Below, piece by piece: positions 23,015 to 35,269 of a stretch of 64,000 bases of DNA. The position numbers and the translations under genes were made by a program. Every line of letters starts with the position of its first letter. The stretch's first letter is position 1. The notes beneath the pieces are model-generated. The model had not been told where the DNA came from, ran no database searches, and saw nothing but the letters and a program-made list of their open reading frames with translations. The stretch is from Lepidodermella squamata. Lineage: Eukaryota > Animalia > Gastrotricha. The stretch covers positions 1,550,001 through 1,614,000 of the forward strand of contig JBLDXI010000055.1 in assembly GCA_047495785.1 (NCBI GenBank), in the 5' to 3' direction.

Positions 23015-25904
23015 CTATGAGCTTTCGTTATCGCTTGAAACCTCGGCAATAGTATGAGGCCTTGGAACAGCGGCACTTCGGCGATATTGAGGCGGAGGTA
23101 TATGGTACTCGGAGTGAACAATGCGAGTTCGAACACTTCGCTTGTGACCCTGACCCGGGGCTCGCCTTGTATTTCTGATCACTAGATCTTGACCTAGCGG
23201 GCTATCAGTGCCAGACGAAGCTGCATTAGGTATCTGGTCACTGTCCGGTTCAAAGTTTTGCGCTAGGAAATTCTGCAGCTCAGCCATGGAGAGATTTTCT
23301 CGTTTGTTCGTTCCCAATCGATTCCTCACGCTTCGGATGGTGTCACCGATAGATCGAGCGGGTGGCAGCCGGCGGCTGTCGGTTTTCGTGTGAACTGAGC
23401 AAACTTTGACGAATCCGATCGATAACGCAATGGCCGCAACGCAAATCAATGCGACTATCCACCAGTTTAACTCTACCCAAGCGCGAACAGAATTGACAGT
23501 TTTTTCGGAGAGCAGCAACCCTGCAAGACGCGCTAGGGGACCCTCGGAATTTATCGGCCGACATCGGCGAAGGGCGTCGCAGTAGCCGCGGTAGTTGTCA
23601 CAAGGCGACCCAGGGTTCAGCTGAATCGGCAGGCCACTGTTATTCGACAGGAGGAAAGTTCGAAAATCAGGATGAAAATTTTCAGTGCCTAAATAGGCTG
23701 AATTGATGCACTCGTTTGTAAGGGCGGAGCGGCATGCTAGATAGCATAACTCAGATCTATTGTATCTGATGTGAGGTATATTAGGTCTTTCGATTTGGCA
23801 GCTCGTGAAGTTGTCAGATGAGCTTCGGATAAGTTGGCAAACGGATCCAGAGCACTCGCCAGATTGACAAATTTGCGTCTTGCTGTTGCAAAATTTGCCA
23901 TCTTCAACCGCCTTGCCATCAGGACAGAGGGCCGTCGTTCCACTGTTTAAAAGAAAATAGTTATCTCAGAAAAAATATGGCTAAATAAGCAATAAGCAAA
24001 CTTGCAAAAAGCTGTCTGGCGACACTCCTCAGCTTCCCGGCAACCGATTTTAGCAGACAACGGGAAAAATTTGCAGATATTTGCGTCGCAACATTCGCCA
24101 TTGCTGGCGCTACATTCAACCTTCTCATTAGATCCTGGCGAAAATCTGAGACGGCATCGCGAAGCTGGATCTGGATCATCTGCCGGGCCACAGCACTTCG
24201 CATCGCTGCCGCAGTCTTCAGCAAACCCGCAGTCACATTCTTCACCTGGGTCCACAACGGAATTACCGCAGAAATGCGTTGCGTCTGAATAAAAAAGTTG
24301 AAGGAAATTTGTGAATGAACAGTCTGCTTGCTACCTTTCAGGCAGTTTGAAGCTTGTGAGCTTTGCATTAAAACGTTAAGACTGGATGCGATTGAACTCC
24401 GGCTGCATTCCGAAAACTGGCGGTTGTTCGGTTTATCACCAGAAGTCGCCGATGCGAACATTATGTAATTGCCATTGGCTCCACCAGGCGAGCAGGTGGG
24501 ATCCGAAGCTTCGTCTATGTTATCATGTTGAGCTCCAAAATTATGACCTGAAATAGCCAAATAAAATAAAAATTTCAATGAAATCAGTTTTCATACCGAG
24601 TTCATGTGCAAAAGTGACTGCAGTAACCGGAAGGGTAATTCTTTGCCCATAGTTGACTAGCGTGACTATGCCCGAATTTTGCGATTTCAAAAACGGCCGA
24701 ATGTGAGAATTTGTACGCGTGTATTTCGCGCAGACGCCGGCGCTAATATGAAAGGGTGTTCCCGAGAAAACCCACGCCAAACCAAGAATTCCGTCGAAAT
24801 AGCGATAGGTGAATACGTAAGATGCGCAGTATAGGTCGTAATTAGCGCCTGAGATCATATTGAGGAAGGTTACAGCGTCCATACTTTGGTTCAACTCTGC
24901 AGAGGAAACACCGAACGCCTCAGCGAATTCTTGGGCTGTTCGATAAATCTAAACAATTTAAAAATGAAATATATTTTATTGTTTTGAATGATTGCCAACC
25001 TTAGTTCGGCTGATCGTTATTTGCATTTCAAGAAATGGCCCAAATCGACCATCTTTCGAAATGAAGGTACTTGTTGAGAAAATATGGTTGACTGTCTTGA
25101 CTGCGAAATGAATCATTGCCAATATTCGCTTGACAGCTAATGAGTGCTACAAGGGAAGGACATATGTATGGCGGCTGCAAAGCATTCAAACTTACATCGT
25201 TATGCGCTTCCTTCAGGTATTCTTCATACAATATATAATCGACTTGAATAAAGAGACCACAGACTTTTCCTGAGACTGGCTTTCCAGCAGTCCCCTCTCT
25301 TTTCGACCGCTGCAGCAGTGAGAAAATATTTCCCACCGAGGCGTCGACATTTTTTTGCGACCAGCCGCAAAATCTCGTTTCATTTGAGCCAAATTTCAAA
25401 TCGGAAGGTCTGTAGGCCACGGAGAGTTTCTTCCGACCAGGCCGTTTCAAACCGAAATTTTCAGCATCTTCGACAAATAGCATTTCTTGGCCTTCAATCG
25501 AAATTCCTCCTTGAAAACGTCCATCAATTATTGCACCATGAACATTGGACAAGTTTTCGAAGTTTTTAACATAACCGGAAAATAGAAATGCCAAATTTTC
25601 CGAAGAATTGGTTGTGCCGCTGATTTCTAATAAATGATCATATCGGAAGGAAGACTCGTCTCTTGTCAGGACTAGTTCGTAATTTATGGTGAAAATATTT
25701 AGTGAAAGCTCTTCAGAAAAGGCCACATCTCGACGATATCGCCCGTGGTCTTGATCGATGACGTCATAATTCTCAAAGACATTTTCCAGACCTTGGAATG
25801 CAAGTGATGAAAGTGAAATCTTGATTGGACTTAGCGTAATTGTTACCTGAAAGATGTCCCGCGACTAGAGTTATTAGTATCAAAATTATTTGAATAATTC
25901 TCAT
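23015..25904 (-). CDS. ADAM10: ADAM10/Kuzbanian-like metalloprotease, multi-exon
   Basis: Signal peptide, prodomain, furin site RSKR, HELGHNFGAQHD zinc motif, Met-turn (YIMFASATSGDKPNN), disintegrin (EECDCG), Cys-rich domain, TM helix and tail. Confidence 0.9.
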
Positions 25905-26632
25905 TTTTTTATGTTCGTGTAAATGAGCAAAAATGAACTCAGCGCGTAATAAATACCGCAGTGCGACAAAAGACGATAACCAAGTGAGAATTGAATGTAT
26001 GATTACGTGTTCCCCAGGTGTCGGAGGCAGCAGTTTTTTTTACACTACATGAGTTACACTCGTGCGAGTTATGTTGCAACTACGAAAAAAACACAAAAGA
26101 CTATAGCTCATTATAACAAGTTTATACTTTCGGCTGAAAGTGGTGATGCGTTTAGTTTTAAGGCGTGCGCGCGCATGTCATTTTATCCAAATGAAGTATA
26201 ATATAAGTCTTTTTTCTCCGTTGCGTTTTACACGAAAGTACGAAATTCATGGCAGAGACATTATTTTTTTGAATAAATTCTGATCTTATCAGAGTCATTA
26301 CCTACCTATGCGGCACATCAAAGGATTCATACAAAAAACTGCAGCAAATCCACGCTTTTTTACGGCGTTTAATAACCAAATCGAGGATGGTAACATTGCT
26401 GTTGATATTAAGCAATTACGACACCCATGAATCATCGCTTTCCCACCTATGGGACGAAAACGAACCTAGTTTAGCGAAAACAATCATTGCATATATCGAA
26501 ATTTATTTCATTAATTCTAATAACACAATCAAGGAAATGACACGTGAAATAGGTACAACTAATACTGTATAATTGATGTATTACAGTTTGCTGGGAATTG
26601 AAACACATTAATTTCACGAAAATGAAAAAATT

Positions 26633-27834
26633 CTATAGGAATGTTTCTTCACAATTGCAATTGAAATTCGGTTTGCCGTTAACGATAGAAGACCTCGTTA
26701 GGAAACGGTTGCAAATCGCCTCGAATGGCGCTAAAATCGCCCTTCGAAATTCAGGAAAAAATGCAAAATAAAATGGCAGGTCGAGTCCCAACTCGGCTAT
26801 GATCAATATTACACCGGCTTGTTTAACACCTCGCTTGAAGCCGATGCTCCAGTCACCGAACCGGCGCCACAACACCTCGACGAGAACCGGATTCATTATC
26901 AGGCAGATTATTTCGATGAAGCAAGATAAGAATAGAGGGCCTAATAGCGTCAGCGTCATTGGGCGTTCTCGCTTTTTCTTCGCCTCAAGAGCCCATGAAA
27001 CAGCACTGCGTCGAGATGGCTCGCCAGCCCGGCTGTTGTAGACAGTTTTTGTCAGCAGGATAGCGAACGTGATAAGAACTACAACCGAACCTATAAAACA
27101 ATCGATGAGACTGAAAGATTCTTTGGCCAGGTGTTGTGTTACCGAAGTGAAAGATAATAAATCTGAAGTAGGTGTAGAAGGCGAACCAATTGAAATTCGA
27201 GTACATTATCGACCAGCGAGTTCGCCGACAGCCCGTGTTGAGATCCAAAGTATAGCCGAATATCTTAGGGATGTGTAAAATGCCTACAAGCAGCGCTGTG
27301 CAGCCGAAAATGAGCCATTTTCGATATTTCTTCTCGGGGTGATCGAAATTAGCCGCTCGCAAGTAAACATATCTGAAATATATTTTCAGAGCGATTTTTG
27401 ATTGAAAATCGAAGAGTATTCATGGGTGCCTACCTTTCGACAACAATTGTAACTAAAAATGCCAGAGGCAAGGCACCGGTGAAAACAAATGCAGGCCACA
27501 CGATGTAGGTATACAGAAATTCAGCCCAGAAAATGTCGCTGAAATGATGATAGATTACCATAGCCGCAGCCATAGAGAACAATGCCGCCGCGTGAACACC
27601 AGCTAAGATAGAGACGTAAGTACTCGTCGATCTTTGGAATCTTTTAACATCTCGCAAAATGCAGATAACAATCATATCGCCGATGAAACCGATCATGCAC
27701 ATTATCGGGACGATGGTGCCTAGAAACTCCACGTCATCGGTATCGATCGGTTTCTTGTTAAGACAGTCGATTTTGTAGCTTAGTTTCGGTGGTTTCAAGC
27801 GAACATGCGAAGTAGTTGTATTGTTGAAGCGCAT
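26633..27834 (-). CDS. Class A (rhodopsin-like) peptide-type GPCR, divergent, ~3 exons
   Basis: Hydrophobic TM segments, TM3 end TIVVER|Y across an intron, and TM7 DLPFYFAFFPEFRRA with a helix-8-like segment. The style resembles FMRFamide-receptor-like GPCRs. Confidence 0.7.
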
Positions 27835-28895
27835 TTCCGCCCGAGTGTCAGTAATCCTTTTACGTGTTGTAGTATTGAGATAGTAGAACGTGACTTTTTA
27901 CTTTCATCACCTGCGCTTGCCTTTAATTTTCGTGAAATTGTTTATATGGCAAACCATATACACATAAAAATCAAGATAAAATGAACTGCGTGGTTCAATG
28001 CCGCCAGATAATATTTGCTATAAAACAGCTATATACAGCGGTCGATCTTTCAGCACCTTTTTTGCCGCCAAGCAAGTAAAGCCGCGATCGATAGCGCAAC
28101 TCAATCAACGTTTCCATGAATGAGTTGGGAACCGCAAAACCCACATTTCAGCTAATTTCTGCATATATAACCAAGTAGCTAACAGACTTCTGACTTCGCC
28201 ATTTATTGCCAGTGTCGTAATAAGCGCATTAAATTTAAATAAATCCTCAAATTCCGTTAATTTAAAAAAAAATCCGCCTTAAAAAAAGAAGCACAACTAA
28301 AATGAAAAAACCAGTATCGAAGAAAAATTGCTATGAATATTAATGCGAAACTCATTGCGTGGACACGCATAAGTGAAGCCGAATTTTCAAGCTGTAAATT
28401 TGTCGCGTCACCAACGGACCAAATCGAATTGAAAATAACTGCAGAATGGTCGTCACATGATCTGCCTTATGTCATCGAAATTTCGCATCCTTTGGGAAAT
28501 CCACTCACATTTTATTTGACTTTCGATCCGCCTAATATGGCTGCTGCTTTGACGTCAATCAAGATGGTATTATCAGTGTTGAGTGCTGCTATCTGTTGCT
28601 GGATGAACCTTCAAGCGAAGCGATGATAACTTCGTTGGTAATGAGTTTCCCGACTTTGAAGTGGCGCTGGCTACGTTATACTTGTGAGTAATAATTACTC
28701 ACTTAGTGGAACCAGTGAATCCACAATTTTTCTATTGGCTGGTATTTTTAGTTACAGGCGCGCTCCTTAATGCTGTTGGTGGGTTTAAAAGGCACGCGAA
28801 TTTTCCATTTTTTTCAGTTTTATCTCACATTTTTCATCTGAACATTTCAACTCACATATTTTTTAATTTTTAATTAATTTTTTTAATTTATAATA

Positions 28896-29653
28896 ATGCT
28901 CGTCCGAATGACCGTCGTCGAGAGCGAAGGGTGGCACAAACTTGTTGTCAGCGAAATCCCATCTTTCGACGAACTACGATTCTCTGCGATGGAGGAACTT
29001 CATCTGGGTGAAGTTTACGGCTTCAACTATATGGATGCTAATGGTGAAAAAGTAATATTTTTTTATTTTTATGAATCATGCCTTGTATTGAGATTGCTTT
29101 CTAGGCCTGCTTCGCCACCGAGAAAAGCCTCAAAATTGCGCTTGCCGAATTGGGAGGAAAGCTCGACAAGCTGTGGGTGTTGCCGGCGGCTCCGGAAAGC
29201 CGATCAAGGGCTGGGTCTGTGAGCTCTTGCTCCAGTCGCCGATCAGCGTTCAAGTCAGTGGCGTTCTCATCACCGACGGCAAGTATTTCCTCGATCAGCG
29301 TTTCGCTTCCGAAAACTGCCTCGAAGCCAGATTCGACGCTCAAAGCGGCTTCTTCAACCATCACCCAGACGCCGAAGAAGCACAAGTCGAGGCGCTCGAA
29401 AGTCCGGAAAGGCGGCCGGCCTTACGCTCCGTACGACACCCCGGAGAAAGAAAGTATCAAAGCCCTCCTCGATTTCGGGCAAGAAAACGATTTTCCCGAA
29501 ACAATCGAATATAGCCCGCACATCAAGAGCTATAAAGCCGCTCAAGACCCCGATTTTATGGCTGTTTTCGGATCTCGCTCCAAGACCGCGGTGATGGACA
29601 AAATCAACGCGGAATGGAAGAAACTCATGGACACTGATACTGATTCCGAATAA
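28896..29653 (+). CDS. Transposon accessory protein (~234 aa): PB1-like N-terminus, Ser/Lys linker with KGGRP, Myb/SANT-like C-terminus
   Basis: The GT-AG intron at 29052-29104 joins two in-frame exons, and AATAAA follows at ~29742. Domain calls are by eye (PSFDELR..FNYMDANGEK..TEKSLKIAL; RSKTAVMDKINAEWKKL). Confidence 0.65.
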
Positions 29654-29851
29654 CTTTTCCACATATCTCATACTTTTGTTTTAATTCATTTTTTCAATTT
29701 TAAACCTGTTTTATGAGGCCAATAACATGAAGTTTTGATAAAATAAAGCCTTATCAATTTCTATTTTGACTTCTTAGTTCAATAATACCGTTCAAAAAAT
29801 TAAAAACTTGAAAATTTGACTTTTCACCCTATTTTCACTTTTCTCAACAAT

Positions 29852-30004
29852 CAGGGTTGTGATCGAAGAAAAAGTGTAAATTTGCAATTTTTATTACGCA
29901 ACATTGACCTTACCGATAAGAGCCAAATTTTACCCAGCGTTAGTCATACCCAAGAGCTACCTGTGATAGAAAAGGTTTGATTTTTTCTTTCGATCACAAC
30001 CCTG
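29852..30004. mobile_element. ~153-bp MITE-like element nested in the transposon
   Basis: Inverted ends CAGGGTTGTGATCGAAGAAAAA / TTTTTTCTTTCGATCACAACCCTG; no clear TSD. Confidence 0.6.
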
Positions 30005-31630
30005 GTATGCCATATATTATAGCCTGTTTCCAGCAATCATGCTTTTCAAAAATTAAACTAAAAGGGCCGATGTAATAGGTATGTAATATTTTTTAGGCTT
30101 AGCGTCTCATTAAATTTTGCCGGATTTGATTGCGGAAAATTATTCAATGTACCTAATTTCGATGATAGCTCAATTTTCGAACTAAACTTCGTGAAAAAAA
30201 GAAAGAAACCTGAAAATCCCGTGTTAATTGTTGATTGTTGGCGAAGATTAATTTCGAAAATTAATGTCCAAACACGTTATTTTTGTGTATAACTGACTTC
30301 AGTGAAAATTTAATAATTTCAGCAGCCATTGAGCCTATTCGATGCATGAGAAAGGTTAAGTTTAAGATTTTGAGTCCTAAGAAATGTCTTTCTTGATTAT
30401 AACACATCTTATGAAGAATAGATCTCGGTATTTTTATTTATTATAACTACTATCACTTAATTTGACGAGGATTATTGAAAATCATTCGAGATTAAAGTAA
30501 AACGTAAACACGAAGTTGATTATTCCGATTACAACATTAAACATAGAACGCGTTCGTCGTCAATCGCGAAACTGGCTGTCAGGAATTCAAGTTTCAAGTC
30601 CAGCCCTGCTCAGGATCAATTGGTATCGATTGGCGGAAAGCATGTTCACGCTCTGCTCGAGTAAGACTGATCCCTAATCGGCATTTTCGTACCACATGCT
30701 CTTCAAGCACGCTGATTTGGAATAGCACATCGCAAAAAGGACAGAATAAAAATATTCTGATTTTTGCGATATCATAAAAATATCGGTAAAATCTTCCTCG
30801 CTTGTATAAAAAAACTGAATTATCCATTCTACAAAAAATGCCAGCATTGAAGATAACTGATGAACAGGAATTTTATTGAAATTTTAAAACAAGAAAAAAG
30901 TTTAAAACAGGGTCAATTTTCAAATCAGAAAGTTCGACGATTGTTATTTCCGACGTATGTAAAACATTTTCAACCACAGCTGGCCAAGATCATCATCCCT
31001 GGAAAAGAGGTGGAATAAATACATTTTCACCAAATTACATATATTTACAAGCAGTGCCAAGAAGCCGTCATCTGAAAATTTAAGCAGATCACAAATTTCC
31101 CATTTTCAACATCTTGCTTATCCAAAGTAAGGGATTTCAAAAATTCTCGGCATGTTATTTTGATCGGCCTCTTCAGCGACCCAAACCTTGACCAAAAATG
31201 ACATTTTTTGTTGAATACCTTGGCATTTATTCTTACTTGCCGAAAGCGCCGCGGAACTGCCCAATGAAGCATGGCACATTCAACGTAAATTTACGCGGAA
31301 AGAAATGGGACCGCTTTGTTACCCGTTTCGATCTCAAAAGATGTTGAATGGCAGCACCTACTACTCTGCCGAGCGATCGCGCGTGATTAGCTCTAGACAG
31401 ATTAATCAATGAAACGTGGAAATGAATCGATTAAAAAAACGTACTTCGTGATTTTACGGCGAGAGCTCATATCAATGTAGTATTTCGATTTTTTCGATAA
31501 ATATTATTTTTTTGAAAATTTTAGCACAATCCTATTATGAAAATAAAGCGCAATAAAAACGACTAGCCTAAGATAAGAAGCTCTTATTTTTAGGAAATAA
31601 CGTAGACTTTTAATAATTTAGCCCAGCAAA

Positions 31631-34088
31631 ATGGCCCCGGTTCGGGCATTGAACTGCCCGGTTCGACATCCACCCCATTTACGATTGGTAAATTTATTCT
31701 TTAATTTTTCAAGTGACATACATATCTGATTTGCCAGCTCTGCGCGACTTGTAAAGCGGCAGCTAAAGCCGATGGGCGACGTGGGCCGAAATCTGTGCGT
31801 TTGTTGTTATGATTTAGATAATTCAGCCCTTAAATGATAGCGATTATCAGTCTAATCCTTCTGGCTTGCCTTACCATCAAATTCAAACAAAATCGGGGCG
31901 AAAAAAACGCATCGAAACGGTTTTAGCTGAGCATCTTAGTTCACTAACTAACAGCGAATTGTGGCGAGAGAAGATTGGCGATAAAAAGGTCGCGGAATGC
32001 GGTTTATTCATTCGTTTCGAAGGTTCGAAAAATGTCGTAAGGGTTGAGATGCCCCTAAAATCATCTGAAGAGCGCGATGAAATGCAAACAAAAGAAGCTG
32101 AGAGGTTATTTACTACTCATTATTTTATCTTCGCTTGCAATGAATTTTTTAGAGCTGTCAAGTTGCGGATGAGGCACGCGGTCTCAGGGCGGACATTTTT
32201 TAAACTCGCTAGGGCCCAAAATCCCAACCATCCTTCGCGCAGAAGACTGGTCAAAGCTCGCCGACGGCTTGCTAATTTTTTCCATATCACGACCCATAAG
32301 GAGCTTGAACACCGTGAGTATTTTTTTTAATTTGCCTCAAATATGATACTTTTAAAATAAAAAAATCAGGTAAACATAGAAGCGACGATTCGCCCAGAGA
32401 AAAAGGTGCCACGATTTCCCCGAAAGAAATTTTCGAGCACTGGGCAAATGCTAATATGCTGAAGCGTTACCCCGAAATTAATAAAATTAGGGTTCAAATC
32501 GACGGCATGGGGTCTCGATCAAATGTTGCCCAAGGCATTGTTTCATTTATTATTTGTCTTGAAGACAGGAAGAAGACAGCTGGAATTGATAATGAGTACC
32601 AAGTTGGTTTATACCAGGGCGAAGAAGATTCTGAGAATCTTCGACATTATTTTGCCGAAGTCTGTAGAGAGCTTGAGCAAATGTGTCGTGAAACCGTGAC
32701 AGATCGGCATAAAGGGCGAAAATACAAATTTTCGTTGATTTTATGTTGCGACTATATGATGCTAACAAAGGTAAAAGCACTGTATAAGCTACGAAATTCG
32801 AGTTTTCTGCCAACATTGCAATTTTAAGATTTTGGCCTGCGGCTCTCCAGGTAGCGACCACTCATGTGTCTTCTGTGTCGGCAATGTTGGGAACGGAGCT
32901 GGGAATGAGGGCCCTGCTCGCGACTTTGCCGAGCAATTTCGACTTCGCAGCAATGAGCAAGGCTGGTCTCTAGAATATTTGCCGCTTTTCGATCTGCCTC
33001 GCGAAATGCTAACAATTCTGCCATGCTGCCTACATATGTTTTCGGCCATAGCGCTTTCAATCTTGAATTCGGTAAGCTATGCAATAGGTTGGGAAGCAAT
33101 GAAAATAGGCTAAATAAATTATTGCAGCTGTTAACATTTATGCTGAGTAACAAGCTGAAAACGGCTTTTAGCAATGCGAAAGGGTTTTTAGAGCGTTCTT
33201 TGTTCAATTTGCGCGTGGATCCGTCGAACGACCCCAATGCAACAAAGCTGAAGCGGTACACACATAGTGGTATCGTCAAGGTTCGAATTTGATTCAAAAT
33301 TAATGTTATCGCTGATTTAAAATTTTTAAGGCCCTGCGCTGCTTGCATGAGAATACAACGCTGATGACTTTTTTGGAAGAAAACTGGCAAAGCAAATTGC
33401 TCGAGTCCAGATTTACTCTCGATATATTTGTCAGATTTTTGGATGAAAATAATGTCTCTCATCGTCGCAAATTACAGTCACCTGAAGCGAAAATTAAGAA
33501 GTGCTTGCAATTGCGCATGCCGGAGGCGGAAGAAGTGAGTTTCGTAAACAGAAATCTGGCCTTTTACACATGGATTTTACTATAAGCTTTCGTCATCATA
33601 CTAATTGTTTTACAGGTTATCGCGGGAGTGCTGTCTAAGTTCCGAGAATTCGATATTCTCATTGCGAGAACTATCGAGTTACTCGATCTCGTCGAATCTA
33701 ATGAGGTTCCCGAGAGCGATTTTGCGTTTCGCGAGTTCGAATTTTATTTTCAAGCTGCGATAGGAAATGTAACGCCCTATTCCCATGGTAAAGCTTTTTT
33801 GACCGATGGGTGATTTGCTAAAGGTTTAATATCTTAGTCTTGGCCAGCCATGTTTATTCCCTGATGAGGGCAGGCTACGACCTTCGAGCTTTGAGCGGCA
33901 TCTCAATTGAGTTGCGTATCAAAGCTCTCCGAAAGCTTTTATCTAGCACCGTTTTTTTCGGTGATCCGGTTTGCCGGCAACTAATGGAAAACCTGGTGAT
34001 TTCAGCAAATAATGATGAGTCCCCCTGCTACAGCTCAGAAGAAAGTGATGGCGAATTGAGTGAGATAGAAGAACTGGAATTTTCTTGA
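31631..34088 (+). CDS. RAG1/Transib-like DDE transposase, ~10 exons, ~650 aa, reading frame intact after splicing
   Basis: QIDGMG (D at 32501), CCDYMM (D at 32750), CVFC, PCCLH, TPYSHVLASH and GISIE (E at 33909) correspond to RAG1 D600, D708, C727/C730, H795, H937/H942 and E962. Confidence 0.85.
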
Positions 34089-34311
34089 AGAACTAGCGTG
34101 GTTGCAATCGGTAAAAATGAGTTAAAATGAAAATGTGACGTGAAAGAACCGAAATTAACAAGAAGTAAAATATTTAATGAAACATTTATTGAAACGTGTG
34201 ATCACGGGAAAAAAAATAAAATGGCGCGTGGCGCGCTTTTTGATCCAACCAATCAGCTTTTAAACCAGCCAGCCAATCAGGAAATTGTGGATTCACTGGT
34301 TCCACTAAGCA

Positions 34312-34623
34312 CTAGAAAATATACGCAGAGTGAAAGGATTCATATAGGCCCCCGGTTTGAAGAGCAGAACTGCTTTAAAAGACAGTTCAATGAAAACGTA
34401 ATTAAACGCCGTTTGCATGAATTGTTGAATATCCATATATTTTCATATTTTTCATTTTATGTTGAGTATTGCATTGATTTCGATGCTGATCGTCATCAGT
34501 CTACTTTTGTGCTATTTCGATTTTCAATTTTGTTGTTTTCTTTACTTTTTCTATTGACCACTTGTCTGAGCTGTCCTCTTCTGGGCGTTATGGCTCTTTA
34601 AATAAATAAATAAATAAATAAAT
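34312..34623 (+). repeat. Possible 3' remnant of a non-LTR retroelement ending in an (AATA)n tail
   Basis: There is an (AAAT)6 tract at ~34600-34623 preceded by a T-rich UTR-like segment. No RT motif is recognisable. Confidence 0.35.
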
Positions 34624-35269
34624 GTACTTGGGAATAATGGGTCATCAAGACCAGTGCCACCGACAGAGCGATCTAGAATTTTTAGACATATAGATTCTAA
34701 ACCGCAACCCCAAAAATTATGCGTTGACAATTTTTCGAGTTGTTTGCTATAATATATTACTAGGTTCTGATAATTTCAATGACACAGCGGTCATGCATGC
34801 AAGTATAAAACTTACTGTTAATATCGCCACATTCAGGTGGCCTCGGGGTCGGTGAAAAAAACGCCACAGTCATTACCTATCACTTATTCTACCATGCTTT
34901 TCCCCGCCAAAACAATCAACGGCAAGTATACGTCACTAACAGATAAGATAAAAAACGCAGTCAGACGAAGAGACGTCACAGTTATGATTCAGGCCGGCGT
35001 GTGACGAGACAACGCGTTGGCATGGTTCCCAAGTTTCCGGACCGAAAATACCCTGACTGATCAAAGAAAAGATGCCAAAAGGAAACGCCAAACTATAATT
35101 ATCTGACAAGTACAGACAAAAACAACGATAATCACCATTTGAATGTTTATTCACCGGTTATATTCATTTCGAAAGAGCAAAAACAACATAAATTGAGCCA
35201 GCTATAGATCTATATTCAAGTTTTAGTCGTTCGTTTCTTGTCAACAACAACTTCAAGCACAACGACTGC

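Larger units (their letters stand above)
28702..34309 (+). mobile_element. 5.6-kb DNA transposon with TIRs, encoding a RAG1/Transib-like transposase and an accessory gene
   Basis: CTTAGTGGAACCAGTGAATCCACAATTT (28702-28729) is the exact reverse complement of 34282-34309, followed by an imperfect ATTGGCTGG extension. The flanks read CA|..|CA, or CACT if the ends are offset. Confidence 0.9.

Noticed and set aside
34089-34281. Convergent RAG2-like gene downstream of the transposase
   Set aside because: Only ~190 AT-rich bp lie before the TIR, leaving no room and no Kelch ORF.
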